Virus genome (UHGV): UHGV-1483403
DNA from: a virus
Reading direction: 5' to 3' (one strand)
DNA length: 26,593 nt
The notes under the pieces were generated by a model, which made no database searches, was not told the origin of the DNA, and worked only from the letters and a program-made list of their open reading frames with translations. The position numbers and the translations under genes were made by a program. This document shows positions 24,514-26,593 of the stretch, piece after piece; position 1 is the stretch's first letter, and each line of letters begins with the position of its first letter.

Positions 24514-25659
24514 ATGGCACAGGGCTTGCCTGTATCAAACGTTGTTAATGTTGATGTGATCATGTCGCCGCGTGCAGCATCAGGGCGAAATTTTGGTGCA
24601 TTACTCATTCTCGGCCCGTCCACAATCATTCCGGTAAGTGAGCGCATTCGCCGTTATTCTGCCGCGGAAGATATTGGAAAAGATTTTGGCGTGGAATCAC
24701 CAGAATATAAGGCTGCGCAGGTGTTTTTCTCTCAATCACCGAAACCTCAGGAGGTTTTTGTTGGTCGTTGGGTGAAAACGAAGGGAGACAGCGAACAGGC
24801 CACGCCTGAGACGCTGGAGCAGGCTGTGAATGCCATGCTCGATTATACTTCATGGTATGGGCTGGGGATTGCAGACGATGCAGATATTCCGGATGCAGAC
24901 TGGCTGAAAGTGGCTGCGGCGATCGAATCCTCTTCTGTAAGCCGTATTCTGGCGATTACGACAAGCGATGAGAAATGCCTGCAGACTGCATCCAGCGATG
25001 ATTTGGCATCAAAACTGAAAACCGCCGGATATTCACGCAGTTTTATTCAGTATTCATCGGGTAATAAATACGCTGCGTTATCTGCATTTGGCCGGGCATT
25101 CACGGTTAATTTCAATGGCAGTAATACCGCGATTACGCTCAAGTTTAAGCAGGAGCCGGGTGTCGGGTATGAAACACTGACAGTCAGCCAGGCATCGGCA
25201 CTTGATGCAAAAAACTGCAATGTATTCGTGTACTACCAGAATGATACGGCTATCCTCCAGCAGGGAGTGATGGCTAACGGCGATTTCTTTGATGAACGCC
25301 ACGGCCTGGACTGGTTACAGAATTATGTGCAGACCAACCTCTATAACCTGCTTTATACCAGCACCACGAAAGTTCCCCAGACTGAAGCCGGTATTACCCG
25401 ACTGTTATCAAATGTAGAAAAATCACTGGATCAGGCCGTTCAGAATGGACTGATTGCTCCGGGCGTATGGAACGGTGGCGACCTTGGTCAGTTGTCATCA
25501 GGTGACACGCTGCCCAAAGGTTATTACGTATACGCACAGCCGCTGGATGAACAGGCACAATCAGAACGTGAAGCCCGTAAGGCTCCGGTGATTCAGGCTG
25601 CAATAAAACTTGCAGGCGCGGTTCATTACGCTGACGTACAGATTAACGTTGTTCGCTAA
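24514..25659 (+). CDS. contractile tail sheath protein (DUF3383-type)
   Basis: Track ORF; 381 aa; followed by a tube-sized gene, as in myovirus tail modules. Confidence 0.65.
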   Translation: MAQGLPVSNVVNVDVIMSPRAASGRNFGALLILGPSTIIPVSERIRRYSAAEDIGKDFGVESPEYKAAQVFFSQSPKPQEVFVGRWVKTKGDSEQATPETLEQAVNAMLDYTSWYGLGIADDADIPDADWLKVAAAIESSSVSRILAITTSDEKCLQTASSDDLASKLKTAGYSRSFIQYSSGNKYAALSAFGRAFTVNFNGSNTAITLKFKQEPGVGYETLTVSQASALDAKNCNVFVYYQNDTAILQQGVMANGDFFDERHGLDWLQNYVQTNLYNLLYTSTTKVPQTEAGITRLLSNVEKSLDQAVQNGLIAPGVWNGGDLGQLSSGDTLPKGYYVYAQPLDEQAQSEREARKAPVIQAAIKLAGAVHYADVQINVVR

Positions 25660-25669
25660 GGGGAAGTGA

Positions 25670-26110
25670 ATGTCTACCTATTCTTTTATGGATGTCACTG
25701 CGACGCTGACCGGGCCGACCGGTTCGATTGACCTCGGGTACGGTTCTGCAAGTTCTGAAGAGGGAATTGTGGTTGCGATGGGCGGCCCTAAAAACACCAT
25801 GACCATCGGTGCTGATGGCGAAGTGATGCACAGTCTCCATGCAGATAAAAGCGGGACGATTACCGTTAACCTTCTGAAGACATCACCGACAAATAAAAAA
25901 TTGTCGCTGGCGTATAACGCACAGAGCCAGTCTTCTGCCACATGGGGGAATAACGTTATTGTGATCCGAAACAAGGTCAGCGGCGACATCATCACGGCAC
26001 GTAGTGTTGCGTTCCAGAAACAACCGGATAATGCCAACGCTAAAACCGGTAATACGATGCCGTGGGTGTTTGACTGCGGCAAGATTGACCAGGTTCTCGG
26101 GGAGTTTTAA
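25670..26110 (+). CDS. tail tube protein
   Basis: Track ORF; 146 aa; directly after the sheath gene. Confidence 0.6.
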   Translation: MSTYSFMDVTATLTGPTGSIDLGYGSASSEEGIVVAMGGPKNTMTIGADGEVMHSLHADKSGTITVNLLKTSPTNKKLSLAYNAQSQSSATWGNNVIVIRNKVSGDIITARSVAFQKQPDNANAKTGNTMPWVFDCGKIDQVLGEF

Positions 26111-26113
26111 TAC

Positions 26114-26560
26114 ATGGAATTCGAAATCAAAGGCGTGAAATATCGCGCGGCAAAACTCAGCGTTTTTGATCAGCTGAAAGTGACCCGCAAACTTCTGCCG
26201 GTGCTGGCAGGAATGATGTCAGATTTCGGGAGCATTCGCTCCCGTTTGCCTGCTGATGGCAAAATCGACACCGTGAAATTCGAGCAGTTAAAACCGGTGT
26301 TTGAAACCATGCTCCCGCGTATAGCTGAGGAACTGTCTTCCCTGACCGAAGATGACACCAGTGCGATTATTCATCCCTGTCTTGCGGTGGTATCGCGGCG
26401 TCATATGGACGGATGGGTTCCGGTATTTACCCAGGGCGAACTGATGTTTGATGATATTGACTTGCTGGTCATGCTGCATCTGGTGGCGCGGGTGGTCGCC
26501 GACAGCCTGGGAAATTTTTTGAAAGAACTCCCCGGCAGCGGGACGCCTACCCAGCCATAG
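26114..26560 (+). CDS. tail assembly protein / chaperone (putative)
   Basis: Track ORF; position after sheath and tube. Confidence 0.45.
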   Translation: MEFEIKGVKYRAAKLSVFDQLKVTRKLLPVLAGMMSDFGSIRSRLPADGKIDTVKFEQLKPVFETMLPRIAEELSSLTEDDTSAIIHPCLAVVSRRHMDGWVPVFTQGELMFDDIDLLVMLHLVARVVADSLGNFLKELPGSGTPTQP

Positions 26561-26593
26561 GTCCTGTCCTCGAATCCATGCCAGAAGGTGAGG

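Noticed and set aside
1-26593. Search for tRNA, rRNA, CRISPR repeats, IS elements, integrase and attachment sites
   Set aside because: No T-loop/acceptor-stem tRNA signatures, no regularly spaced short repeats, no transposase or integrase-like ORFs and no terminal inverted repeats were found; the prophage ends evidently lie outside this window.

Overview
This window is a near-complete slice through a mosaic lambdoid prophage of an enterobacterial host; integrase, att sites and the distal tail genes lie outside it. Product calls rest on reading the supplied six-frame translations, motif recognition and recall of well-known phage proteins; no database search was run. Coordinates of non-ORF elements were counted by hand and may be off by 1-2 bp. 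Left to right: (1) a leftward early operon on the minus strand with a Rad52-type annealase, SSB, a Ral-like gene and a chain of small translationally coupled ORFs; (2) a phi21-type N antiterminator with nutL; (3) a P22-type immunity region (c2 repressor, 18-bp operators, pL/pR, cro), nutR and a cII-like gene; (4) an O-like initiator with an internal iteron/AT-rich origin and a DnaB-type helicase; (5) a nin region (NinB, Dam-like methyltransferase, NinE, NinF, Rha/KilAC-type antirepressor, YbcO-like, RusA, NinH); (6) lambda-type Q, pR' and terminators, then S holin and R endolysin with a non-lambda Rz/Rz1; (7) an opposite-strand moron island between lysis and packaging genes; (8) terminase small/large, portal, head morphogenesis, scaffold-like, capsid and connector proteins, and a contractile-tail sheath and tube. 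No rRNA, tRNA, CRISPR array or IS element was seen. The strongest candidate for something undescribed is the moron island at 14.1-15.4 kb: a stand-alone ClpP-fold protein convergent to the late operon, a small acidic ORF, and two stem-loop copies with the same architecture and compensatory stem changes.
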